Assembly: GCF_001194135.2 (NCBI RefSeq)
Contig: NC_068996.1
Span: 7,804,085 to 7,848,343 of the forward strand
Reading direction: 5' to 3'
Length of the DNA: 44,259 nt
Source of the DNA: Octopus bimaculoides
Taxonomy: Eukaryota
In this document: in pieces, positions 1 through 10,479 of the stretch
Position numbering within the stretch: the stretch's first letter is position 1
Layout: the number at the start of each line of letters is the position of its first letter
Notes under the pieces: model-generated
What the model saw: the letters and a program-made list of their open reading frames with translations, nothing else
Databases searched by the model: none
What the model was told of the DNA's origin: nothing
Program-made: the position numbers and the translations under genes

Positions 1-281
1 TTATTCTTTCGGTCTCTTTTGCCGAACCGCTAAGCTATGGGGGACATAAACACACCAGCATCGGTTGTCAAGCGATGTTGGGGGGACAAACACAGACACA
101 CAAACATATATACATATATACGACGGGCTTCTTTCAGTTTCCGTCTATCCACTAATAAGGCTTTGGTCGGCCTGAGGCTACAGTAGAAGACACTTGCCCA
201 AGGTGCCACGCAGTGGGACTGAACCCGGGACCATGTGGTTGGTAAGCAAGCTACTTACCACACAGCCACTCCTACGCCTAT
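1..281 (-). mobile_element. tRNA-derived SINE (octopus-type), near full length, runs off the window start
   Basis: The reverse strand begins TAGGCGTAGGAGTGGCTGTGTGGTAAG (A-box-like) ... GGTTCAGTCCCAC (B-box-like), followed by GGGCAAGTGTCTTCTAC...GCCGACCAAAGCC. The same core recurs at ~1770, 6010, 24591, 27610, 40234 and 43866. Family assignment is from memory of octopus SINEs. Confidence 0.8.
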
Positions 282-1554
282 GTATATGATATAAATACAA
301 ATCTTAAACAATAGTCATGATTCCTCCATCATATAGGTTTTTACAAAAGAAAGACAAAGAATAAAAGAGGGGAAAGAAAAGAAGGGAGACAAAAAAGAGA
401 AAAAAAGAAAAAACATCAATGCAACACCACGTGCTTCAATTGGTCACACATCACAAGGCCCGAAGGAACCTAAACAGATAATCAAGTTTTCTCACCGAGA
501 CTATTATTGGACTAAGAGTGATGCTGTTAATATATGTTGGTATGAATGCAACAATTACATAACATTACAAGTAGAAACCCTTCACTCCTGCTGAATGTAG
601 TCCTCCCTTTTCAATACAAGCAGTTCACTACACATCCAAACTAACTTGTACGACTACAGAATTTTAGTTGATGGCCCTAGGATAGTGTGTAATGCACTAA
701 AGTAGAAGAAATATACATGAATTGTACAGCATTTTGTATCATGCAAAGCTTTGCAATCTGATTTGGTTGACAAAAACAGAAGTAGCTTGTCATGTATGTA
801 TGCATGTACATGTGTTGATACATGTGCATTCTTATTCAAAAATTACAATGAATGTAGTGCTGTCTTTGGCACTTCTGTTAATAACTATTTGCTTCAGGCC
901 TTCAAAATTGAGGAATGAGATCCCTTACTTAAAAAACAGTTAGCATCAGGAAGTGTATCTGACTGTCAAACAATACCTTAATTGCATTCATCTAAAAAGC
1001 AAGCATGAAAAAATCAAGTTGCCCCTTGTCAAAAAAGTGACATACTTTCATCAAGCCTTGCACAGCCATGTGTATGCAAATGGCTTTTTCAGCCCAAATT
1101 CCATTCATAGGAGTTCACAGATGAAATACTTGAACTGTCTGTCCCCTGACATCACTGGCTGAACTGTGACCCCTTGTATTTTACCATGTTTGATCAGACT
1201 GCCAGCTGACTCACAAAATTAAGCTACATTCATTATAAATGTGCCACAGAGAACGTATTGCCAGAACGACCTCACAAGCTGCTTGATTTCTAAATGGTTC
1301 ATGTGAGTTTAGGTGGTTGATTAATCTAGCTCTTGAGAGAAGAAATTGCCCCACACACACACACACACAAACACACAACACAATAGCACTTCAATTCTAA
1401 TTGGGTCTCTCTAGGCACTGCATTTAGGGCTAGCTTATGGAGTGAATGCTTCAGACCAGGATACTCCACTCACTTTTACTCATTGACTGCACATCTATTC
1501 TTGACAGTCTTTTTCCAGAATGCACAGTTCTCAGCCAATGCCTCATGTATCCAC

Positions 1555-1631
1555 TAAGAAATGGCACCCTTAATGCCAAAATAAATCACAGAATAGCAAA
1601 AGCTAGTGCTGCTTTTGGGAAGCTGAAGAAG
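1555..1631 (+). mobile_element. RTE-clade LINE fragment (RT C-terminal region)
   Basis: Translates LNAKINHRIAKASAAFGKLKK, matching the RTE 'RIAKASAAFGRL' motif. It ends abruptly in a (CT)n tract. Confidence 0.55.
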
Positions 1632-1769
1632 AGTCTCTCTCTCTCTCTCATATACATTAAAATATAATACTTTTAAATGAAATGTTATACTTATTTTTGT
1701 CTAATTTTCTTAAAAGATTGCAATAATTCTATGTCTTTGTGCATTTTCACCTAGTTTTTGATTCTGGCA

Positions 1770-1900
1770 AATAAATTCACTGGAGCGTTCAGTCAGCCCG
1801 AGGCTGTAGTAGAAAAGACTTGCCCAAGGTACCACACAGTAGGACTGAGCCCAGAACCATGTGGTTGAGAAACAAACTTCTTACCACACTCACATGCCTA
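1770..1900 (-). mobile_element. tRNA-derived SINE, degenerate 5' part
   Basis: CCCGAGGCTGTAGTAGAAAAGACTTGCCCAAGGTACCAC...ACCATGTGGTTG...CTTACCACAC aligns by eye with the 160-281 copy. Confidence 0.7.
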
Positions 1901-2074
1901 CATGTATATACACATATATACACACATGTATATATTACAAATTTGTTTATTTCTAAGTGTGAAGTTAATTAACCTGTAAAATATTGTAATCTTATCAAAA
2001 GGAAACACATTGCAGACAATATTTCTAAATAGAGATTACGTACAGGAATCAAACAAAAAAAAAAAGCATCATAC

Positions 2075-2193
2075 CTTCGCACTTCTCTTGTATCTCTCAA
2101 TTCTTGAAAGAGGAACTGGAATATCAAATTCAAGAATCGGCAACTTTCCTTTTCAAATTTACCATTAGCATCACCAGATAATTTAAACAACTC
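2075..2193 (-). CDS. PDZD8: PDZD8 orthologue, coding exon 2 (start of SMP domain): ELFKLSGDANGKFEKESCRFLNLIFQFLFQELRDTREVR + AG
   Basis: Acceptor TTTTTATTTACAG (AG at 2195-2194) and donor GTATGA (2074). The exon is 119 nt, phase 0 in and phase 2 out. ESCRFLNLIFQFLFQELRDT resembles human PDZD8 ETCYFLNATILFLFRELRDT (recalled). I could not find further exons below 2075, so they probably lie outside the window. Confidence 0.85.
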
Positions 2194-2626
2194 CTGTAAA
2201 TAAAAACATGCATATATTTATTTTGTGTGCATGCATGACAAATACACGAGTTCAGTCCTGGACAGACCTAGAAGCTAAACAACATTACTAATGTTTTCAG
2301 AGTTTCTATAAAAGCTAAACCTCACTGTTTTTCATTAACTTAGATCAAAAGCATTTATTTATAACATTGGCAAAGGCTTGAGTTATTTGTTTTGTAGCTG
2401 ATCCACTATTAAGCTCAAGTGCCGACCCTTATTAAGCCACTGCTTGTAATGGTACTTCTACTCCTTACAAACATCATTGACTACATCTGAAATGAAGACA
2501 TCTGACTGGTAAGAACACAAACACAGAAACACTGTAACACCTCTATCTGACTACTGGACCTGGTGGAAATAGCGAACAATTCTCCCTCATATCAGATTCC
2601 TACTGTATTAAGATTATATGCATGTA

Positions 2627-2879
2627 TTTGTTGCATCTAGGGAGAGTCATTATGCCATTCATTCAATATCAGATTTTTATTATTTTTTTTTTTTTGTCAA
2701 AGCTCTTTTGTTTCTTTTTTGCAAGTGACTCGGTGACTATCAACTGAGAAGATTACAAAGAAGCAACGAAAGAGCTTTGACAATACAGAAAAAAAAAATC
2801 GAATATCTAATAAATGAGTACAATTGAAGCAGTGTGTATGTTAACAATACTGGCATAATGACTCCCTAGACATAACAAA
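2627..2879. repeat. Imperfect ~250-bp palindrome (foldback/MITE-like) in the PDZD8 intron
   Basis: Outer arms CTAGGGAGAGTCATTATGCCA (2637-2657) / TGGCATAATGACTCCCTAG (2851-2869). Inner perfect 14-bp arms TGTCAAAGCTCTTT (2695-2708) / AAAGAGCTTTGACA (2769-2782). A related right arm occurs at ~37640-37795. Confidence 0.75.
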
Positions 2880-2957
2880 ATCTGTTTCAACACACGAATT
2901 CACATAAAGAATCTTGCAAACCAAATATAAAAATGAAATAATATTAATAAATACATA

Positions 2958-2988
<31 letters not shown>

Positions 2989-3205
2989 CTTGGTTGAAAA
3001 ACTTCGATAATGCAAATATGTTAATAGTTACCAGGGTAGCAAAAATCACACAAAAACTGATATTATACCCGGTTAAGGGGTAGAAATTCCATGTTAAAGT
3101 GATGTATTTTGAGTAGATATAAAGAATAATAATAAATGGAGCAAAAACGCATATAATCAAAGGAACTTATTGATTATATGCATTTTGCTCCATTTGTTAT
3201 TCTTT

Positions 3206-3236
<31 letters not shown>

Positions 3237-4090
3237 GTATAAAATGACGCACATGATGCCATCATAGATATATAAAAACAAAGCACAATCATGACCGAAC
3301 TGTTTTGATCACAAGCTTACTTGATCATGCAAACCTGGGCACTAAACAGCAAGCCTGGTTCACAGACGTGGTTTCCTGTCTTAGCCTCTTCCACTATTGT
3401 TACAAAGGCATCTGCTCCTTTGTGGTGGCTAGCTGCATAAACCCCTTCCATCTATGCTCACTCTTCTCTCCTCCTCTTATAACCATTATGTGTTCATCTA
3501 CCAAAGGAGTCAGTGTTTCTGCGCTAGAAATAATAGTCATCCTCTTAATTGTATTTTTATGTAAACATTACAGATTTGACAGCAAAATCAACAAGACAAA
3601 GACTATGCTTCTACATCATCCTCACCCACCAATCAACTGAAAATATCAGTCAAACTGCCTTCCAGACAGAAGCTATCTTGAAAACAGGATATTGTGTAAT
3701 CGAAATTCTCTGAACCTTATCTAAATAGAAGGTAGGGTGCTTATGGTTGGAACACATAAGTGTGTGTGTGTTTGCATGCATATTTTATGTAATATCTTAC
3801 ATGAAACAAACATTAGCTGAAAGTATATTCAATAGAGTTAAGTAGTGTAGCATGGAAAATGGAAGTTAAATAATAATGACGATGATGTTGATGAAAAGTG
3901 ACTGCAACTGAAGTTCCACTGGAGACTAGTAGTCTGATGAAGCCAACTATAGCAAAACTTCAAAATCACGGTCAATCCTTTACTTCTAAGAAAAAGCGCG
4001 TGCGCGTGTGCGTGTGTGTGTGTGTGTGTGTGTATGTGTGTACTAATAGTTTACCAAAAATAAGAATTCTTTTATTTTTTCTTTCCTTAC

Positions 4091-4237
4091 CTCTGGACAC
4101 TGAAATTTCCCAAATTGTGGTTTCTTTGGAATTGGTTCTTCTGGCAGACTGGAAAACCATCTTCGAATCCATATGTATTGTATAATGAGAGTTAGTATCA
4201 TACCAGCTAAGGTGGATACTAAAATGATGACAATCAT
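4091..4237 (-). CDS. PDZD8: PDZD8 orthologue, first coding exon (N-terminal transmembrane anchor): MIVIILVSTLAGMILTLIIQYIWIRRWFSSLPEEPIPKKPQFGKFQCPE
   Basis: ATG at 4237 in AAAATGA context, 147 nt, strong donor GAG|GTAAGG at 4090, phase 0 compatible with the next exon. The hydrophobic helix followed by RR and a Pro-rich stretch matches the PDZD8 N-terminus (human MGLLLMILASAVLGSFLTLLAQFFLLYRRQPEPP, recalled). Confidence 0.85.
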
Positions 4238-5599
4238 TTTGGAAATACCAACTTCATACCACCGGTAAAAAAAACATGTAATCCGACAGGAAGCTTCCAG
4301 TAATATATTTTAAAATTTCTCACACATAACTTATTTTTTTGGACAATCAATTCTACATAGTAGCAATGAAAGACATTGGATATTTTATTTGAGTTTCTGT
4401 TTTCTTTAGTGTGTGTGTGTGTGTGTATGCTGAGACTAGAGAGTTTTTTTGTTTTTTTTTTGGCAGAGCTTCTTTGGCGTTCTTTTTTTTTTTAGAATAA
4501 AATTACTGATATGTTCAAGACAGGGTTTTTCTTTACACTTGATGATAAAATGTATTATGCACTTGTGGAAAAATATGGCAATTAGATGAATAATATATGC
4601 TTGCTTTGTTTCTTAGTGGTTTTTAATCTACATTTTTGATATTTCAATTCTTTCTCCTTTCTTCTGTTTCTTTGTTTTAGCAAATGTGGGTTACGTATTA
4701 TTATTGTCGCTAAAATCTGAAGAGGATCTAAGCCACAGCCAAGACGTATGGCAAACAGGAAGGTGACATTTTCTAAGTAAGATCACAGAATTATCTAAGA
4801 ATGTTTCATATTTCTTTCTTCTCATGTTATTAGCAAACAATATAACAGTTACTAGCTTAAGTCTATGATTTGTTCTAAGCTCTTTTGCCACTTATATTCT
4901 TTAAGTGTCTAAAGCTGAATATAAGGTCACAGTCTTTTAATGTGGCTTTCAGGAACTGCACAACTGTTTGCATGACTAATAAATTAAAATGTAGCTTTTT
5001 TCCCTTCTTTGCTTTCATAAAACTTCAAAATGATTCTCAGAATTTCAACTGGTTTTAATTCCACACTAAATGTTTCGCCAACTGGAAAAAACAAAAAGAA
5101 AAGAGAGATAGAAAATTAAATGTGTTCATGCATGCACACATGCATGTTTGTACATGAGATAGAGATTGTGTTAAAGTGTCAAAAAATGCATGAAAGGAAG
5201 TAAAGAGAGAGAATAAGTGTCAATATGTTTATGTCGGTAAATTTATACACTTGACAATTGTTTAATGTAAGAACTATATGCAATAAACTTCAGATGTCTT
5301 AGTGAGAGTAATTTTTATTTATACATTTCATCCTTCAAACAAATTTAGACAAAAACTGTGTTTATGTGTGTGTGTGTATTTTTAATTTTTTTATTATATC
5401 TGACATTACAGTCAGGTCAGGGGACCTCATCACAGGCTGGTGAGATTTGCTACTAGTACCATGTAAACCCGTTGCTGACCACCCAATCATGAAACAGTAC
5501 TAACAGACTCCTTTATTCAAGTAGCATGCTACTCTTGTGAGGAGTATGCCTGGACCACCAAGTGGGATTAAAAACAGGACTTGTTGAAGAGCAGATGAG

Positions 5600-5680
5600 C
5601 TCCTTGTGGGCCAATGGCCATCCAGTTAGTGAAGGCAATGGCAAACCAACCAAATATCTCTGCCAAAAAAACACTATCTG
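5600..5680 (+). mobile_element. RTE-associated short repeat remnant
   Basis: GAAGGCAATGGCAAACCAACCAAATATCTCTGCCAA resembles the GAAGGCAATGGCAAACCAC...TGCCAAGAAAA motif of RTE/BovB-related elements (recalled). Confidence 0.4.
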
Positions 5681-6009
5681 AAAGTCAGATTAAAAAAGAG
5701 AATTCATGCTTAAGAAGACTTTTGCTGTAGTATCATCAATGCTTTGCCTAAGGCGAATTCATAATGGTAGCCATTGTCATGTATGCTTTTACAGGTTTTT
5801 TACAGCCTGATGCCCTTTCTGTTGCCAACCTCCATTTGTTTGCAAACACTGCATTATCTTCCCCATGGATGGACAAGTTTTCATGGAGAATTGGAAGCAA
5901 ACGACACAGGTTGTATAATGGTAATATCTGTTTACAACAATTATGTGAGGGGCTTTTTCATTTTCCAACTACCAAATCCATGCACATCACTTTATTTCAT
6001 CTACTACTA

Positions 6010-6105
6010 TATTAAAAGACACTTCTCTAAGGTACCATGCAGTGGACTGAATCCAAAAGCATGTGGTTTTCACAAGTAAACCTCTTAACCACATACTATG
6101 CCATA
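6010..6105 (-). mobile_element. tRNA-derived SINE, degenerate fragment
   Basis: AAGACACTTCTCTAAGGTACCATGCAGTGGACTGAA...CATGTGG...CTTAACCAC is similar to 190-270. Confidence 0.55.
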
Positions 6106-6289
6106 CTTACACACACACACACACACCCACCCCCACCCCCACAGAAATCAACCCAAAAAGACTGGTCTAAATATCTCTCCACACCAGACAGTGATATGAA
6201 ACGAACATTTCCAGTCCATAATGCAGGACTTGTCCAGAATGCAAGGCCAACACACACAAGAAAGAAGATTTCTTTAACTTTGCTAAAGA

Positions 6290-7700
6290 AATGGACTCAA
6301 TACTCAAGATAGAGCACCTCTTTCAAAGGGACAGATCCTCCATAGGAAACCCAATGAGAAGAAGTGAAATACTGAACAAGTGGTTCCAAACTGTTTTTAC
6401 TTTCCCTTTAAGACACAGGCAAGTGAACAAAACAGGTGGAGTCCTTTACCACTTCACTTTTAACCAAGAAGGCAATAGAATTGATTAAATCAACATTAAA
6501 AAAAAAGATGTTATACTGACGACCATAGACGAGGTAGATGGAAACTCAGCTGCTGGCCTTCATTGATACCCAGCAATCCTTCCCAAATCATGCAAACAAG
6601 CCCTTTCAAAACAACTGCAGCTTCTTTTTCAGAGCTTCCTTGCCAGTGATAAGTAACCAGACAAATTGAATCAAGGAATAATATACCGTATCTTTAAAGC
6701 AGGAAGCAGAGGCAATGATACAAAAATCATTAGCCTCTCTCTCTCTCTCTCTCTGACTTCTCACAGAGTCACAGAACAAATATTCCACAGGAAGCTAATT
6801 GCATTCCTTAAAGTGGATGACTTACTGACTGACAACAATCAGGCAGAAGCTGCCTGACACAGCTCTTACTGCACTATGACTGGGTGTTAACGCAGCTGCT
6901 CAACAACTTAAATGTAGCTGTGATAGTTGACTTTAACAAAAGCTTTTGCAAAATCAAGATACATAGTATGATATGTCACAAGTTTTGTGATGTAGGCACA
7001 GTTGAAAACTTGAAGTTTCTAAAAGATAAAAATCTGGCAGTAATGGCCAATGCATGCCCGAGAAGGCCACTATGAATAGCATTTAGCTGCTCAGATAACC
7101 ATTTTTGCTAGTTGTGTAGAGAATACAAAATTCTCTCAGAACATACAAACACTGAAATATTGTGCATTTGCAACAGTATTTGGACAATATACATGCAATA
7201 TAACACTGGAAAATTCCAAGCCCTGCAATACCAGTACACAAATCTGAATGAGACACAGACAGGGTATACTGGCCCAACAAAAACTGCAATCGTTGAATCA
7301 AAATCAATAATATACACCTGGAAAGATGCTTTCATTACTCATAATAATGCCCAGGTCACACACTAAGTTGGCAATTACATGCAGACACCTGGCCAGACGG
7401 AGCCATCAAATTTTCAGAATGAGAGAACAGGAAACTACAAAGGTCCTCCGCAGGACATATGTCCTCAGCCACTTAAACTACCGCACCCAACTATGGTCAG
7501 CATTCAGGATAAAATTAACAGTGGAAATTGAAACACAGCAAAGCTACACAAAGAAAATCATTTCCATGCAACATGTCAACCAATGGGAAAGACAGAATAT
7601 AGACAAGAAAAATATGCAGAACCTTAATATTTTCTAAGGAGTACTGATATATACCTTGAAGATCCTGAAAGGACTTGTACCAAACATTGGTATATCAGGA
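6290..7700 (+). mobile_element. CR1/L2-superfamily LINE remnant (RT and C-terminus, heavily frameshifted)
   Basis: Decayed motifs appear in the expected order: SEILNKWFQTVF; IIYRIFKAGSR; VAVIVDFNKSF (cf. YLDFAKAFD); TYVLSHLNYRTQLWS...IETQQSYTKKI...VNQWER (cf. LVLSRLEYCSQLWS...IE.VQR.FT.KI...YWER); YTLKILKGLVPN. Confidence 0.7.
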
Positions 7701-7739
7701 ACAAGGATTAGAAAAGCCTTCAATAGATAAAAGTGACAC

Positions 7740-8460
7740 ACAATGCCCTCAATAAAGCAGAGAGCAGCAATGATGAAAAGAAGCAGAGGAAAATGATACA
7801 AGATTCCTTCTTCAAAAACTCCTTCCACTTTGCCAGGAAACTATTCAACAAGCCAAAATCAGAGACACAATAGACAAAGAAGTTTTTGAGCACCATCTTA
7901 TGGAAACATCTTAAGACTCACACACACATACATTGCTTATAATCAACGGTTTAGTGTAGCCTGTTCAATTAGGGGAATTCTATGATGACAGGCCACCAAG
8001 TAAGGAAAGTGGTCAAGGAAAACACCCCCAATTCATCACCACAGCCAAAAAAGGATTTGCCCTACCTTTTGTACAAGACATTAATTAGGTCAGTACTGTA
8101 GAATTTACAGATCAGCAATCAATACAAGAGAGCTAAAGATGTATACACTCCAAAAGGTCAGAGCTCAATCTACATCAGATAATTCATACCAATATCACTT
8201 CTGAAGGATGATGGAAGAATCTCTTATGGTAGCAAGGCAAGCTAAGTATTCTTCACAGAAAAAGTATGTGGTTATGTCAGTTCAGAATGAATGTCACATT
8301 AAATAGAACATGCCTTGATAGCTCTTGATTTGGTATGGTTTAATATGGCAAATGTCTACAGTTTCATCACAAACAAGATGATTCAACTAACTCCTCAGAT
8401 GCATTGTGTTCCAAAACAAGTGAAAAATGTTGGAATATTTTTCTGGTTTCTCTATGTGAT
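7740..8460 (+). mobile_element. Hero-like (REL-endonuclease) non-LTR retrotransposon remnant A
   Basis: Decayed SFFKNSFHFARKLFNKPKS, (F)IPISLLKDDGRI (cf. FRPISLLNVEGK) and LDLVWFNMANVYS (cf. VWLDLANAYGS). Confidence 0.65.
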
Positions 8461-8559
8461 TCTCAACCATAAGAGTTTCAAAATTCATCCACCATAATTC
8501 AGCATCAAACTGATCCAAATTAAAGTTTCAAAAGCCCAAGCCATGAAAACAAACTATCA

Positions 8560-9260
8560 TCAGAAGAGAGAAACAAAGAAGCAATAAAATGTTATAAAAG
8601 ACCAGGCTTTGAGAGGACAGAATATATCTCTTAATATGGAAGTCCAAGATGAAAGTGAAGTCAAGCCCACTGAAATGCAGAAACATAATTGCCACAGCAT
8701 GAGAAATGATTGGAAAATATCTGGAAAGACATCAATGCAACTCAATGTCTTTTATTAAAGCCTATTAACATACAGGTCAGCAATGAATGGAGAAGAGCTG
8801 AAAGAGTATACATCCCAAAATATCAGAACTGAAAAGACATCAACCAATTCATATCAGTACCAGTACTGAAGGAAACATTTGCTATAGCAGCAAGACTCAC
8901 TAAATATTGTACAGAAAGTATGTGGATGTGTCATTTCACATGGGAGACATCCCTGCTGTGTCTGCTTGTGTAGGACGTCTCAACGATTTTGGAAGCAATA
9001 CAAATACCTAGATGAAAGAAGAGAGAGCATGGTGTGGTTCAATCTGGTAAATGACACCACTTTCGTTCCACAAAATATGATTCAACAAACTCTTGAGATG
9101 TATCATCATACGAACATCAATTGAAAGTTGTTGAAGAATTTTTCTGGTTTCCCCTCTTATTCTCAAACAAAGAGAAGCAACACTTGCCAGACAGTTCCTG
9201 CTGACAAGACTTTGGTCATCCTCTGGCCTGTTCCCAGAAATCAGACCTAACAGAAGGCAC
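8560..9260 (+). mobile_element. Hero-like non-LTR retrotransposon remnant B
   Basis: EWRRAERVYIPK, ARLTKYC, GDIPAVSACV and MVWFNLVN correspond to the RT 0-3 region. It shares the 19-mer AATTGCCACAGCATGAGAA (8687-8705) with remnant C. Confidence 0.65.
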
Positions 9261-9329
9261 ATGAAAGTTGTGTAGTGGTGTAACTAACTAAATAGTTGAA
9301 TGATCTCCCTTTTCTAAGTTTCTCAAAGC

Positions 9330-9640
9330 ATTAATGCCATGAGACGCGGTTCTTAATTATTCAATAAGTTTAGTGGTTCTTTTGGAAGTTTCTAGAATGT
9401 CTAGCGTTCCATTAATAAAAACAGCTTGTTAACCCAGCTTTTCACTTCTTAGCAATGATGTGAATGGTTCTAAGTCTAACTGACTATGTCCATCTATTTC
9501 TCTACGCCACATATTGTCTGCACCTGCTGCTTTGTAGTTTTTCAGTTTCTTGATAGCTCTTTCAACTTCATCTTCACTGATGTTATCCAGTCTTACATCT
9601 AGCAGTTTCATTATCAAAACTGAAGAGAAAAAACTCCGCC
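9330..9640 (-). mobile_element. RTE-clade LINE fragment (EN-RT linker)
   Basis: The reverse strand reads ISEDEVERAIKKLKNYKAAGADNM, the typical pre-RT 'KLKN.KAAG.D.I' motif. Confidence 0.7.
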
Positions 9641-9760
9641 GACGCCTGGTCCCAAGTCCAGGGAGAGAAAGGAGGAGGGTTGGGCATAGGGCTAGCACCC
9701 CTATCCTGTAAAACCCCAACATGCTAAAGAAACAGACAACAAATCTACTGACAATCGGCA
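9641..9760 (+). mobile_element. RTE-type 5' region fragment
   Basis: GGGTTGGGCATAGGGCTAGCACCCCTATCCTGTAAAAC...AGAAACAG matches the RTE-1/Expander-type 5' motif (recalled). Its orientation is opposite to the adjacent RT piece. Confidence 0.5.
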
Positions 9761-9869
9761 CAAGGCAGACAGATCTATAATAAGAGAGTTGAAAGTGAAA
9801 TCAACTCCAAAGAAATCCAAACAGATTGCTAACATGCAGAGGAAAACAAAAGACATGTAGAAGTATGAC

Positions 9870-10400
9870 AATTGCCACAGCATGAGAATCAACAATTGGA
9901 AAAGCTTTGGAAAGTCATCAAAGGAATACAGTCCACCTCAGCAAAGTCTATATTTCATACAGGCCAGCAATGAATTGAGAAGAACTAAAACAGCATACAT
10001 CATAAAATATCAGAACTGAAGCAACATCAGACAATTCATACAAATATCATTTCTGAACCTTGAAGGAAAAATTTGCTATGACCACAAGGCTAACTAAATA
10101 TTGCACAGAGAATAACTGTGTATATGTCAGTTCAACAGGAAGGCATCTCTGCAGTGTTGGGTTGTGTAAAACAGGTCTCAATGAATTGGGGGGGGGGGGA
10201 CAATCTAAGGAGCTAGAGAAGAAAAGGGAGATCTTGATGTGGTATGGCTCAATCTAGCAAATGCCTGGATCCACACAAGTACTTGAGATGTAACATCATA
10301 TGAAAATTAGTTGAAGACTCTTGAAGTATTTTTCCAATTTCTTGCTTTCACAATCTTATTTCCTGCTGAATTAGGGAGTCTTTCATATTGCAAGATTCAA
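9870..10400 (+). mobile_element. Hero-like non-LTR retrotransposon remnant C
   Basis: Colinear with remnant B: QFIQISFLNLEGK, TRLTKYCTEN, GISAVLGCV, DLDVVWLNLANA. Confidence 0.65.
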
Positions 10401-10479
10401 TGTGATTCTGAGAGCATAGTTTTCAGCTGAATTCAGGTGGATTCAAAGTTCTGAGAGCAAAACATCATAAAACAAATAC

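Noticed and set aside
282-2074. Search for PDZD8 exon 3 (expected to continue roughly as W..KKI..EF)
   Set aside because: I found no matching frame with splice sites by eye. It probably lies beyond the window start.
3928-3962. HHR-like CTGATGA-A-GCCAACTATAGC-AAAAC in the PDZD8 intron
   Set aside because: G12 is missing (AAAA), stem II has a mismatch, and no stem I/III pairing could be found. At best it is a dead relic.
4748-4782. Possible first exon of a divergent + strand gene (ATG GCA AAC AGG AAG GTG ACA TTT TCT AA|GTAAGA)
   Set aside because: The donor is good, but the exon has only 9 codons, the start context is weak and I found no downstream + strand exon. It needs transcript data.
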